Below, in pieces: positions 1 through 18,936 of a stretch of 64,000 bases of DNA. The position numbers and the translations under genes were made by a program. The notes beneath the pieces are model-generated. The model saw only the letters and a list, made by a program, of their open reading frames with translations, had not been told where the DNA came from and ran no database searches. The DNA comes from the human T2T-CHM13v2.0 reference genome, Homo sapiens. Position 1 is the first letter of the stretch. Each line of letters begins with the position of its first letter. The stretch is from assembly GCF_009914755.1 (NCBI RefSeq), contig NC_060930.1. The stretch is one strand, 5' to 3'.

Positions 1-1018
1 GTGAGGTCCCTTAACCCCTCAATCCCTAGCTCCCCTTTCCCACTTCCAACCGTTTCCTTGCAGGAAGCCTGGAATGGGATGCCCTGGCACATGAGGGGGT
101 GGCAAAGCAATGGGCTGAGAAGTGTAGGAGAAGCAGCTCCAAGAGGTGAGCTTGTGTTTCTCTTTTCTGTTTTGGGCCCCTTGTGGTCATCTTTGTGTCC
201 ATGCTGTCTGCACAGATTGTAGTCTAACTGCTTTTCTGCCATTTGATCAACTGGTTGAATTCATTTATCTACCATTGGGTTACTTATTTTTGCCCAACAT
301 AATGATAGCCTAAATACTTATAGTCCGAACTCTCTTCGGATTTATAGAGCATTAGTCAACCATAGTCTCAAGTGCAAGTAAGAGATCATTTTTTTGATTA
401 GCATCTAAATATTCTGCATTGAGAAAAATGCATTAAGGGGTGAGAGAAATGTATGTGTAATAATGCATTTATATATACATATAGATACGTGCATATATGT
501 ATATAAACAAATATTCACACATCTATACATACGTGTATATATACATATAAGTACACACGTATGTATATATTATGTATATGTATAGTTTAAATGTAACCTG
601 GGCATCCATAAATTACTATGGAACTTGTTAAACTATATATCCAAATAAGCAGAACATCACATTTTCAGTATTTATATATTGCAGTGGAAGTCTTTAAACA
701 TCAAATCTTACTGGTGATTAACAAATTTAAGTATTATCTTAACAGAAAAGGAATATAAATTTGCTATCTGTATGTTTTGTTGCCCTTTGGGAAAATTATA
801 CTGTCAACCAGTGTTAAATAGAAAACCTTCAAATCAGCTATAAATTGACAACAAATAGCAAAGTCTGAATGAATGTGTTCTGCCTAACATTAAAAAATGT
901 CTTGATCCTAAGTCTCTTCCATTTGACATCTCTAGCCCTTAATGCCTTTTTCGGAAGACAAGCTGTTATGCTGAATATGCAAAGAGGCAGGAAGAAGCCT
1001 CTGAAGGCACGGTGAGGC
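1..1018 (-). other. TXLNB: TXLNB 3' UTR (proximal part)
   Basis: Downstream of the TAA stop at 1019-1021; I saw no AATAAA/ATTAAA on the minus strand in this kb, so the UTR probably continues past position 1. Confidence 0.8.
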
Positions 1019-2032
<1,014 letters not shown>

Positions 2033-3070
2033 TTAATCACCATACCCTGTTCATTGGGAAAGAAAGATGGTCAGGCTTCCTTCTGCTTTGGTCCATAGCC
2101 TCTCAAATCTTATGGATGAATTTTCTGCTTCTGAGACTTAGAAGGTAGAAGCAAGACTTGCGGCAAGATAAATGAGATGGATTGGGACTTGGGTTTCAGC
2201 AATGCCTTCCTTATCTGTTCTATGAATAAACTGCTATGTGCTAATCCCAGCAGCCATTTGATTTATGTTGATGAGTAATATCTCTTTGGAATTGGTTGCA
2301 ATTTGAGAAGAATTGTTAGAGCAGTAATTATAACCATAGAAATTTACCATATACTAATTCACGATGCTGGCTGCTCAAACGGTTCAGTTTTTTCCTCTAG
2401 AAATGTCTATTTGTGCATGAAAATGTTCCTAATTATCTCACTCCTTCACCTCACCTCTGAGCTACTCTGTCCCTTTGAGACCTTTTTTCCCCCACTCGTT
2501 ATACATGGAGAGACCTTCACCTGTAAGCCCTACCTCTCAGGTCAGGGGCCATGTATCTTTGCCTTTGGACTCTCAAAACCTACTTGGAGCCTGGCATGAG
2601 ATCAGTGTTTAAATGTCTATTGGAGGAATTAAAAAGATATCTCCATATCTGTTTATATTAGAAAATAGCACATGCACTGGACTCTTGGGCTGGTGTCTTC
2701 TCGCAGTATGTTCAAATCAACTAATTAATTTATTCAGCACCTGTTATGTGTCAGACACTGGGGAAATTTAAAGTAAAATAAGACACTCATCCTACCTTTA
2801 AGGAATTCACAGCCCTTAAAGGGGACAGCTGCCCTGGGTACAGCTATTGAATCAACAGGTAAGCATGTGACTTAGGGTCACAAAACTCTTTCTGAGTCTG
2901 GACCTGATTCTAAATGACCTTTGCTCTTATTATACTTATTACAATTTAAAATGTCACATCCTGCCACCCCAAATTCAACTCTTTTTCACACATAACCATT
3001 TGTACTATTACCAGGTTATAATTGTATCGTAAGTTTGAATGTTTTGACTAGACAGAGGGGATTAAAGCTA

Positions 3071-3184
<114 letters not shown>

Positions 3185-4163
3185 CTACAGAAATTAGAGT
3201 GAGTGTGTGTTAATCTTGAAAAGTTAATATATCAAGGAAGCTATTAGCTCCATATGTGAGACCAGGAGAAGCCCTTTTGTTACCAGATGCTGAAGCAAAC
3301 AAATGTTCAATGTCAAGAATGAAGATTGTAGCAGAGTCATAATTTATTTCTGAGCCGTCTAGGGCAGTGGCAAGCAAACTTATTTGCACCTGAGCCAATT
3401 CAGGAAATGGGAAATGACTTAGGGGCACATGGTTTTGTCACTGCTTTTTCTTTCATTTAAAAGAAGAATATCTTTATGGAGTTCCATGAACAAGCCTGTA
3501 ATTTAGGATATTTACTGTATTGAATAGAAGACTATCACAGTGGGAAAGCTGGCATGGCCTTTTTAGCCATTAAAATGTTGATAATATCTGGGCACATCTG
3601 AGAAGTTGCTGCACAAAAGCAGTCTCTGTATTTTCTGGGTCTTTACATTTATAGAGTGAGGTAGAGTTCACAAAATGTGATTACATGCATTATTTGTTTC
3701 ATCCTTGAAACAGTCCCACAAGGAAGGTTCTATTTTCACCCCCATTTTATAAATGGGGAAACCGAAGTTCGGAGAGGTAGAGTAATATTTAGGTGAATTA
3801 ACAGAACAGTGGGGCTGCCATTCTTTTATTTCATTTAATGAAGCATATAGAATGTCTGGTGGTCACCAGGCCCTGGGCTGGGTACGAGGAAGTAAGAAGT
3901 GAATAAAATGCAGCCTGTGTTTTTCGAACCTGAGGCTACTCACATTCTTGTTTGTAGGATCTCTTCTTTGCTTAGATGAAGTGGAGAACGAGGCATGTAC
4001 TCAGGTGCAGTTTTCCTGGATGAAACATAGCTGGGCACTCGCTGCTTGGTGCCAAGCTGCCTGAAGCTGGGTACCCACGGAGGCCAGAGGCTGGGCCCAA
4101 GACTGTCAGCCCCTGGCTCTACAGACAAGCTAGGTTTTTAATTTTGATCATATTTTAAATTAG

Positions 4164-4486
<323 letters not shown>

Positions 4487-5058
4487 AGTTGTTTGTAAAC
4501 TTTAAGGTCATCAATCTTTTTAAGAATGTGGTGAAAGCTATGGGACCACACTTCACAAAAATGTGCATATGTGCATCATTTTTTTTATGGTAATTTCTAG
4601 AGAGTTCTCAGGTCAACTACTAACGTCCATAAATGGACCCAAGATTAAGAACTCCTGATTTAATATTTATTCCACTCTTAAAACTACATAATTTTGAAAA
4701 ACATGTTTTCCTGTTCTAATTTATTCCAATCTTAAAATGCTAGAATTTCAAAAAAAAATTAAGAAAATGGATAGTTCCATTCTGAAGTGGGAGAACTGTA
4801 ACATTTAACAAGTGCCAATCTTCTTCAGGTTGCTCATTGTAAAATTTGTCATAATATTTTAAAAATATATTTTAAGAGGATGTTTTCTACACCTCAAAAC
4901 CATTAATGCCAATCCCTGTTCGGAAACACAGTTCTGATGGCTGATTTTGTATTGGGAAGACACTGAACAAGCTTTAAACATTACATTAAATTATAATACT
5001 GGCACCTTATATTTGAAAAATACGTGTAAAAAGTTAAAATCCCTTCCAAAATGTATTA

Positions 5059-5493
<435 letters not shown>

Positions 5494-5625
5494 TCAGGCT
5501 TCCATCTTCTCATTCAAGGCTCTGTCAGTTATATTACATTACATAAGTTAAATTCTCTTCTAAGAAGGTTCTTATAAGATGGTATTTCCTATTCTAACAT
5601 TCTACTTTTGTATATTCATATAAAA

Positions 5626-5932
5626 GTTTTTTGGTTTTTTGTGTTTTTGTTTTGAGACAGATTCTCGCTCTGTTGCCCAGGCTAGAGTGCAGTGGCGTGA
5701 TCTCACTCGCTGCAACCTCTGCCTCCCAGGTTCAAGCGATTCTCCTGCCTCACCCTCCTGAGTAGCTGGGACTACAGGCGCATGCCACCACGCCTGGCTA
5801 ATTTTTGTGTTTTTAGTAGAGACAGGGTTTCACCATCTTGGCCAGGCTGGTCTCGAACTCCTGATCTTGTGATCCTCATGCCTTGGGCTCCCAAAGTGCT
5901 GGGATTACAGGCATGAACCACCACGTCTGGAC
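5626..5932 (-). mobile_element. AluS
   Basis: Full dimer in reverse orientation. Confidence 0.9.
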
Positions 5933-6019
5933 AAAAGTTTTTGTTTTTTTTTTTTTAATTCTTAGAAGGTTATATTTTGAGTTCAGTATATACACCATCA
6001 TGTTAAATTGCTAGCTCTG

Positions 6020-6053
<34 letters not shown>

Positions 6054-6186
6054 TATCCATGGGTTAGAAAAAGAACTATTCTTCTTCAGAGTGAAAATGA
6101 AACCTAGAATTTTTGGACTCCTGCTAAGATTAATTCACTAGATACTTACCAATTAAAAAATACAGCCCAAACCTCATTCCTACCTA

Positions 6187-6429
<243 letters not shown>

Positions 6430-6586
6430 TCAGAATACTTCCAGAAGAAAACATGTCATTGTTCATTATTTAAAGGAATTCTCAATATAGTATTAGTAAT
6501 ATGTTTAATTATTTTATTTACTACAAGATTAACCTAGGCCAGTGAGCATGATTGAAATGCTTCTTTAAAGAAAAATGGAAAAATAG

Positions 6587-7026
<440 letters not shown>

Positions 7027-8373
7027 TTATTTCATTATATTAAAACTTTTATCAACATTGATTGAGTACTACATGCATGGACTGTATGTACAGAAGTATT
7101 TAACACATGGATCTGCATTTGAGGGACCTGCACTTCTAATGGGAAGACCATCTCAAAGACAACTTGACTATGGGACAATGGCTACATAATCAAGTCAGTT
7201 AAGGACAGTGGGTGATCGGAGAAGGTGAGCATGGCAGGTGATCATGTGAGCCACATGTTTATGGAGAAGGTGAACCTGGAACTTGGTCTTGAAGGAAGGG
7301 AAAAAATAGACAAATGAAAAGACGTGATAAAGGCAATGTGGGCTGGACACGGACAAGGGCCATTGCCATGACACAGGTTGTACACCACTCTAGGCAGTTG
7401 CCATTTCTGTTTCAGACATCAGAGTTTTGTATGTTTATGAATATAGCATTCTAGCCAATAGCAGTTAAATGTCCCTTTTTATCAAAATCAGTTTATTACA
7501 TCAGTTTTCCACAGATGGAAGTAATGAGTCTTGAAAAAGAGATGCCTTTTTCTAATTTGCAGAGAAGCATTGTATGGGTTAGCATTTGCCAAGTGTATGG
7601 CTCACCATGGAGATATAGCGAGGAGCATTTGTATCGCCAAGTCCTTAATTCCAGTGCTTGCATTCGGGGTGGAAATGGGGCAACACAGGGAAGGAGAGTG
7701 TGTAAATACTTGATCAGTGATATAATGACAGTGATAAAATAATAAAATCTTGTCTTTGAAAATAATATTAGGGTAGCATGTTTTGAATAAGAGAGGATTT
7801 AGTATGGATGATTCAGATTGGTCAAGCCTCAATTTTCAAATGAATCTTTGGTACTCTTGAGTGTCCAGAATAGTCCCAAGTCTTCAAATGGGTATAACAT
7901 TTTCATACAACATAGTTTTTTGTATGAAGAAGCAGACTTGCAGCATCCGTCAATAAACAAGGGCCCTGGCTGCACTGGATAGACCAGGAAGGCTGGGTTA
8001 TCAGCTGGAAGGAAGGCACCGACCGGTGTTATCAGTGAGACTGTCTTTTTTAAAGTACAGAAAGCACCCTGAATGAAAGCTGGCAGATTGGAGAGTTTCC
8101 AGTCTTGGGGTGTGGGTGTGAGAGGGAGTATGTATGAGTCAAACAACCCCTAGAGCCCAGAAAATTGCTTATCTAGAATGGGTTTTCCCCAATAATTTGG
8201 AGTAGTAGAGATTTTACTGCAGTAGACAGCAATAACATAAATCATTTCGGTAGAATACAGATTATCCAAAGAAAAGCCAAATGACAGCTGATTATCATTT
8301 TGAATTCTCTCATTAGTACTGTATGTGACAGAACCGAAATTTGTTTCTCATGATTCCTTGACACACAGATTAA

Positions 8374-8785
<412 letters not shown>

Positions 8786-9659
8786 AATCATGTGCAATGC
8801 ACTCTGACATATTCTGTTCAACTGTGTTTTTTCTTTCTTTCTTTCTTTCTTTTTTTTTTTTTTTTTCAAAATACTGGCTGGAATCCACTGTGGGCCAGAA
8901 TTAATTTCAGGGCCCACAAATGGGTCAGACCTCTTGGTCTGAGACACTGTGCCCTAGGGTTAGCTCCTGGGGACTGGCTACCTATCCTGTACATCATCCA
9001 TTGGCCTAGGGTGGGAACAACTACCCCCAGCAGATCCTGGTCACCTTCTATCACAAAATCTTTTCATTTGTATTCTCAGCCCGGCCTCTTTTGTTAACTT
9101 TTTTCCTTAATTTCTCCCCATTCTTTTTCCAACTTATCAGTAACTCTAGCAGAGTTACATAGAGGCCTCAGACACTGTGGTCTCCTCAGCTGGTCCTCCC
9201 GATCCCTCTTGCAGCCCTGTAGTTGCAGGCTGCAGACAGACGGGGCAGGAGTGAGCACATGTCTGGTCCATCTCACAGATGCAGCCTTGCTGGAATCAGC
9301 AAGAACAACCACCCCCAGGACTTCAGCCTCAACATGAGCTAACAGGCATTAAAAGCCCTCAGGTTTGATTGTCTTCACTTAACTGGGTAAGGCTGTCACC
9401 ATGTCTTACTTTTCCATGTGTACCTGTTATATTTTTTCATTATGTCTCAAAGTAAAGGCTTTAAAAAAGAAAAAGGCAGAATGTTCTTTGTGGTGTATTA
9501 ATTGGGCAGATTTTGTTTCCTTTTCTTATGTTTTCTTGTTGCTGGCTCATGAGCATGGAGAAGACAGACACACCCAGAGTTCTGAGAAGTAGTGTCTTGA
9601 TTCATCACCAGCTCTTCTGTGCTTTTTCTAGTTATGGTTTTCATTTTTGCTTTCTATTA

Positions 9660-9842
9660 AAAAAATTAATTGTAGTAAAATACACATAGCACAAAAGTTA
9701 CCATCCTAACCATTTTTAAGTGTATAGTTCAGAATTGCTAAGTATATTTCCAGTGTGGTGCAACCAATCTCTGAAACTTTTTCCATCTTGCAAAATGGAA
9801 ACTTTATACACATTAAACAACAATTCCCTATTTCTTCCTTCC
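9660..9842 (-). mobile_element. L1MB-type 3' end fragment
   Basis: gtaaaatacacat...accatcctaaccatttttaagtgtatagttcag... typical reverse L1M 3' UTR. Confidence 0.65.
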
Positions 9843-11200
9843 AGTGACCAGTCTAACATTTTGCTTTTCTTCCTATTTGACCTCTCTGTCTGGTGGCAAA
9901 AACTATGGATTTCTCAGATAACTCTAACACTCTCCTACTTACTAAATGTTTGTGCTTCTTGTTTACTAAATGGATATTTGTTTGGTAGCGTCTTCCCTCT
10001 CACTATCGTGCTGACAGGATACATGTTTGGTTTCATGTGTCATATTCCCAGTCTCACTTTGGTATTTCACAGAGCCAGGGAAGGACATCCAGAGGTCATG
10101 CACAGCATTTCCCCTGCCAGAGGCAGAAATAGAAACAAACTCTTCTATGATTAGAACAACAACAAAAATTGCCTCAATATTTCACTTTTAAATGGGCCAA
10201 GTGACAAACACAGTCTTTTCACTGAGCACCAAATTTTAATTACAGACACTCATAGACATGGGAAACAACTGTGTCCAGGAATCATCTTGGTGAACCTGTG
10301 AGATTTGGTTTGGGAGTTAAGTCCTATGACAAGAACAGGTGCAGCAGTGCTCTCCTCTCACCCTGTAGAGGTATGGGGAGGACTTCAGACTTTAAAGACT
10401 CTGATTACATGCTTTCCACAATTTACCCACTCATCTTTCCCCTTGGGTAGTATTTTGCGTCCACATCAGATATTGCTGACTTCCCACATCTGCTACTGTC
10501 TTCATCCTTGTTGATCCAATGAACACTCGATTTTGTAGTGACAATTGTATCCCATTGATCATCTCTGACATTTATTCTGTTGCCTTGGCTTGTATAATTG
10601 AAAGCCAGACATCGCTTCCCTAAGTGAGAAGCCTGCCCCCAATTGGCCAGCAGTTGTCTTATGACTGAAAAGTGACTTCTCTAGGAAAATAACACAATCT
10701 GTCCTTGATAATTCTGTTGCCCAGACCTTAGAAATGGGGCCTTGGCCTTGGCCTCCTGCTACTCCCACCCCTTTAAAGGCAGCGTAAAACCAAAGGAAGT
10801 GTTGGAGTGTTATGCAAAAGAATCTGTGATAGAGTTTGTTTTCAAAGTTTAGAAGTTTTAGAAATATAATGTTGATACTTTTTAATGAGGAGCTTGTTTA
10901 AACATGATTACGCATAGGGATTCAGGACCTCTATTTTATTCTTGAGGCTTAAGTAATTATTGGAATTTCAAAGGTAACTTGGAGACAAAAAAGAAAGACA
11001 AAGGAGGGTTCTTGCAATTAGTGAGGCTGCCTGCACTGTGGAACACTGCAGGCAATGGACAAGGCGGGGTCAACTTAGCTTAGGGCCACACTTCTTCAGC
11101 TCTGGAAGTTCTCTATGCTCATGAACTACAGCTGAATAGCATCTTGAGATCATCTTTTCCAGCGGTTCTTCAACTTTTTTGCAACTTAAGACTCCTGTTG

Positions 11201-11497
11201 GGCCGGGCGCAGTGGCTCACGCCTGGAATCCCAGCACTTTGGGAGGCCGAGGTGGGCTGATCACGAGGCCAGGAGATCAAGACCATCCTGGCTAACACGG
11301 TGAAACCCTGTCTCTACTAAAAATACAAAAAATTAGCCGGGTGTGGTGGCAGGTGCCTGTAGTCCCGGCTACTCGGGAGGCTGAGGCAGGAGAATGGCGT
11401 GAACCCTGGGAGGTGGAGCTTGCAGTGAGCTGACATCATGCCACTGCACTCCAGCCTGGGCAACAGAGTGAGACACCGTCTCAAAAACAAACAAAAA
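11201..11497 (+). mobile_element. AluY
   Basis: ATCCTGGCTAACACGG, GAATGGCGTGAACC; TSD actcctgttg. Confidence 0.9.
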
Positions 11498-12804
11498 ACT
11501 CCTGTTGTCTCATATTTCCTTCTCATATTTCCATATTTCCTTATATGAAATCCTTACCTATGAAATAATACTACTAGTTCATACACTAATTAATAGTCAA
11601 GCAGAGATTTTTCTCTCTCTTATTGATGATTATATCGCCAAACCTAGAACCATGCCTAGCACTTAGTAGATGCTCAGTAAATATTGGTTGAATTAATTAT
11701 GCTTATTTTGGGCCAGACACTGAGCAAAATGCTTTGGATGCATGATTTGAAAACCAACTACATATATTACATATGCATTAACTGATTTTCCTTTTAAAAA
11801 CTTAAACATAGGCATAATTTCCATCCACAGTTGCTGAGCAAGAGGTGAAGTAATACCAGAAACAACTACATTTTAGATAGTAGCTGCTACCTTATGTGCT
11901 GATGTTTTGGAAACGCTGAAAAGTCATAGGCCTCTCAGGGGTTGCACGACTCCAGGCTGGGGTCATTGATTCATTATAGCATTTTCATTTTGCAGACAAG
12001 GAAATTTAGTTCCATAGAGGTTTAGGTGGGTTACACAGGGTCACACAGCTTCTCGGTAAAAGAGCCAGGACTCTGACCTGGTGCCTTGACTCAGGGATGA
12101 ATGAGGAACAATAGCAAATCTAGAACCCCTGGTTGATGGTTTTTTAAGTTTGAGGGGGTATAAGGGGGAAATTAGATCAAAACTTTAATATTTGTATTGT
12201 ACAGGTCATTAAAGGCCTCGATTCTGATGCCAGCTGAGTGAATCACTCTGTAGCCCACAGTTTAACAATGTAATCTACTCTGCTCAAGTTGATTGTCTTC
12301 ATTTTGCATGGAGGAGTAGAGATTGCATGTAGCAGATGATGTGAACAGTGCACAGCTTCAAGTATTATTTATTGTTCCCCTCAAGGCTCTGTGTGGTGAA
12401 TGAGGCACAGATAGAATTAGAGGCCTTGGCTTGATTCCTTGAGGTCACACCCCCTTTCCTTCTGCTAGACAGCCAGCAGTCAGCCACCCACCCTACACCA
12501 TGATGTGATGAGTTCCGTGACTGCCTAAAGGATGATCTTGAGTTTGTAACTCTGGGCCCTTTGCTTCAGACACATTATGGTTCTAACTTCTATGTATCTA
12601 GTGTATTAAGACAATTCTTCTTTATTATCAGAGAGTAGTTCATACTGGAGAAAATAATTTATTATTGCTTTGCTATATATGCATTGCAGAAATATACTTT
12701 AAGAAGGCTAGATATGAAAATGTTCCCTGTATTTTTGTCTGTGCAGTAGTATAATCTGTGATTTTAAATTTCTTATTTGCTTTTTTCTTTTACAATGAAC
12801 ACGA

Positions 12805-12806
<2 letters not shown>

Positions 12807-12838
<32 letters not shown>
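12807..12838. repeat. (TG)n microsatellite
   Basis: Uninterrupted TG run. Confidence 0.95.
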
Positions 12839-12841
<3 letters not shown>

Positions 12842-13300
12842 ACAGTGAACAAGTACTCAGCTGTCAGCATATAAACATTTACAAATCTTAAATTAATGCT
12901 GCCCAGCTTGGAAGGTTTCTGATTTCCTTGCCTTCGGTGAATTTCTCCCTGTGACCTCACAGTCCCTTTAGCACTTGGGTGTTTCCCAGGGCAGTGGAAG
13001 TCTGTGGCCTGTGGCAGGATGGTACTCCTGGAACCCACAGGGACCATTATTTAGGACAGGCAGAGCCCCAGGTAGGGGTAAGATGGGTAGGTCTGGCTTT
13101 CTTCCAGAGTCAGCTGTGGCATAAATGTCCAGAATGGTCCCCCCTTTTTTTGAGTCTGAAATAGGAACCCCCAGAGTCTAACAGAAGCACATAAAAGTTG
13201 TCACGCAGCCAAATCAAAATGGTTCCTGACTTGCCTGACACTTGTATCCATTCACCACTGACAAGGCCAACCTCTGATGGCATAGAAACTTGAGTGGTGA

Positions 13301-13654
<354 letters not shown>

Positions 13655-13828
13655 TGAGGACATCTTAAGAATCGCCAGTCATAGATGGTGCATCTGAGCA
13701 GTTTACGTTTTCTTCTTACCTTAACAGGGCAATGAGAGGGGAAGTACGGTGGAAATAAGAAGTGCTAGATGGGAACCTGGACACTGGCTGACTCTCTTGA
13801 CCACTGTACTGTCATCCATTGTCTGTCA

Positions 13829-14137
<309 letters not shown>

Positions 14138-14292
14138 CTATGAGAAGAGAGAGTGTGTGGAAAGATGGTCAGATTTGCCTTTTAGATTACTATTTGGCTG
14201 TAATTTGTCTACAAAACTTAGCAACCTGCTCATTAACCTCCTTAAGTAATTTTTTGGAACTTTGAAAAGAATCTAAGAAAGCTTAAAAAACC

Positions 14293-14602
<310 letters not shown>

Positions 14603-14624
14603 GCTAAGAAAATAATTGGTCTAA

Positions 14625-15126
<502 letters not shown>

Positions 15127-15254
15127 AACAACTGTTTCTTTAGAGTACATCCAGAATCATTCTCCTAGACCACTGTTCTCCACCATAGCACACTTGATAC
15201 AATAAGAACTATGTATGTCCTTGGTCTTTGTCCCTGATTCCTGACACAGAGCTT

Positions 15255-15415
15255 CTAACATGCATCAGAATCTCCTACGGAACATATTAAAAATGCAGAT
15301 GCCTCTCAGATAATATGATTTAGGAAGTACAGAGTGTGACTGAATTCTATGCTTCAAGAAAATACCCAAAATGGTCTGGATATCGGTGGCCTGTGGATTA
15401 CATTTTGAGAAGTAT
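15255..15415. mobile_element. MER5-like hAT MITE
   Basis: tgcatcagaatc..ttaaaaatgcagat..cattttgagaa pattern. Confidence 0.55.
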
Positions 15416-17469
15416 GGGTTAGAAGTTTGACCTATTGGTCTAAATCCTGGCCCCTGAGAGCTGATGGGTTAAATTGGAAAGGGGATTTGGGCATACAATG
15501 ACACATTCATATATAAGCTTGTAATTTTAACTTAAGATGAATGCCTATTTATCAATTTTGAGGTAGGGCTGTGGTCTTTGTTTTGGGTATGGATCTTCTG
15601 ATTAGAGTTCAGAGGGTTTTTTGTTTGGTTTTTATTATTATTTTTAAAAATCACATCCACAGTGTGCCATGTAAGATTTCTAGGTTGTTAGGCTTGTGTG
15701 TGTGTGTGTTTAGCGATAGTGCTAGAACCTAAAAATACTTATGAAGCAGCTTGTCTGGATAATTCTCTAGAGTTTTCCACTTCCCCCCAGTCTTTTATAG
15801 CTACTCATATCTAGTTTGACAGTTGTTTTTTGCCATTTGCTTGCATTTGGTCTTTCAAAGCACTAAGCATAATTTGCACAAACAGTTTTTTGTTTTCATA
15901 CTTATATTTCATCAGTTTATGTAACATCCTGTTGATTTACACAAAAGCAAGTGCAATTGGAAAGAAAAGGTTTGTGCAAAGAGCTGATTCTTGGTAAGCT
16001 CCACCTTACTAAACTGGGGCAAATTTTGTAGCCCTTCCAGAGAGTGGCTGGGTAGACCTGCAAGTCAGCACGCTGTGGGCATCGGTCAGTGCGTTTTACA
16101 GAGAAAACAGTGAACGCAGAGATCAATCTGGCTAGTCAGTCTGGAGGCTATCAATTAAGAAGTTTCTCTTGTATTTGAAGATAAGCTGATTAAAATTTCC
16201 CACTTTTAGTTTATCCCTATTGTAAAAAAAAGTCCACGAGGTCTATGTATTATATAATCAGAACCAAAAAAACTAACAATAAAATCATTACTTTTAAAAA
16301 CTGGAAAGCTTCTTTTTCCTCATCTAAGTTTGTCTTTTTCCCATGACCCAGCCTCTCCATTTGTAAAATGTGTTGCATTTGTTCCTCTATGCCTCCCAGG
16401 GTGCAATGAAGATTGATTCTCATAGAAGTGCAACCAAATGGTCCTATGAGAGGACTGGGGCAGCTGTGGAGTAGAAGCCCTACAGTGTCCCCTCTGGCCA
16501 TCTGAGGGGAGTGGTGGCACTGTGCCTGCTTCTTGTGAGCTGGCTATGCAGCTTTGTTGTGATTGGTGACCCCCAACCTCGAGGGAGGCTGGTGGCTGCC
16601 TATTCTGCCTGGGTGACTTGATATCTCATCGCTTCCAAAAGGAGGTGCCCCAGCTGCAAGCCAGGTAGGTGGCTAGCTTCGAAGAAGTGAGATGAGCTCC
16701 CTCTCTTTGACTCAAATCTGTTTTGCTGAACCAAAACAGGTGCTAGTTTCTTGCTAAGGCTGGGTCGTCTCAAATCTGCTCTCCAATGTCTCTCATGTGC
16801 ATCTTTGTCTTGTTCTTTCTCTTTCATGTCTCGTGTTATACAGCAAAGTACCAATATACTATGGGAAGCATATTTTACCCAAGAAGGTAATTACACCAAT
16901 GGTGGAATTTCTATTCTCTTGGATTGTGAATAATAATTGAATGTTTTATTTCTTGCTTTCAGAGCTAGGTTGTAGATGGATTTCATAAATTAATCTTTTT
17001 CTTAAGAGAACATGGACTTCTGATTTGAAATTATCCAATGTCCACCAGATTATGTTGCTCAAAATTTGTCTTTTTGTTGCCATGTTTGAAAATTTATTTT
17101 AAAATTACTATTCTAATCAATTGAATTGATTCTGGTCTGATTTTAGGTAAATGAAAATCTCAAGATCAAAATGTGACATGGCCAAATTTGAATAAGTGGT
17201 CCATGGACCATGTTTTACCTCTCTCTCACCCCAGCAACAGATACATGCGTCAACTCATACCTCTGAAACACACGTCTGAGTGTGATGCACCGTCACAGAG
17301 AGTGTGGGCTTTGGGAACAGACGCACATAAGATCAAAACACATCTTGCTCAGTCAGCAGTGTGCAACCTTAACAAGTTGCGTATCTTCTTGGAGCCTCAA
17401 TTCTCTCATCTGTAGAATGACCCTACAGCTTTTTGGGGAGTGCTTGGGGTTAATGAGATATCAATAAAC

Positions 17470-18312
17470 ACCACCACTCAGTTTCCTCAGCCCAAAACTT
17501 AGGAGTCATCCTTGACTTTCTCCTTTTCTCTTTGTCACCAGCTTCAGGTCTGTAGCACTGTCTGTTGATTTCACATTGAAAACAACTTTCATCCATCTCC
17601 ACCCCTCTTCTCTGCTGCCATATCCCTAAACCAAGTCATCATCATATTTCATCTGATTGCTATAGTAGCCTCCTGTCTTCTTGCTCTCTTGTCCCTCTGC
17701 AGTCTATTTTCCATCCAGGAGCCAAATTAATCTTAGAAAATGCAGAGCAGATCATGCCATCACTTCCTTTGCAGAAGCACCCAGTACTTTCCCATTGTAT
17801 TTAGAATGAAATCCAAATAACTTTTTAAGCCCTACAAAGCTACACAGTTTGGCACCTGCTTACCTCTCCAACTTCATTTTGAACCTCTCCCCCATGCTCT
17901 TGCTTCCCTGACCTTTTCCTGTTTCTGGAGCACACCAAATTGGTTCCAGCATTAGGGCGTTTGTTGCTGCTGCAGATGCTGGAGACGATGCTCCAAGTAG
18001 CAGCTCCTCATCTGGCAGGGCTTAGCTCAAGCATTCGCCCCTCCAGGAGGCCTTCCTGGTCACTCAATCTAAAGTACGTCCCCTTCTTTGGCCCCTTCTC
18101 AGTTTCTCCTTACTTCCTTAGTAGTGGTGATTATTGTCTGAAATGACCCTTCCTTGTTTGCTTGTCTATTGCTTGTCTCTTTCCAGTTAGACTCTAATCT
18201 CCATAGTGGGAGATGCCCCTTCTCTGTCTTGTTCACGGCTATGTCCCCGCACCTAACACGGTGCTTAGTAGATAACAGGCACTTGAAAAATATGTGTGGA
18301 ATAGATGAATGA
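17470..18312 (+). mobile_element. L2 3' region
   Basis: aaaacttaggagtcatccttgact ... tcttgttcacggct..gcacctaacacggtgc..gaatagatgaatga, typical L2 tail. Confidence 0.75.
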
Positions 18313-18408
18313 CTATTTTATGTAGAAAGTAGTGTAGACATAGTGCCTCAGACTGGGCTGGCTAATTTAGTTCTCCATAGAAGCTGGGGCTCTTTCTCCA
18401 TCAGTCTA

Positions 18409-18756
<348 letters not shown>

Positions 18757-18759
18757 TCA

Positions 18760-18936
<177 letters not shown>

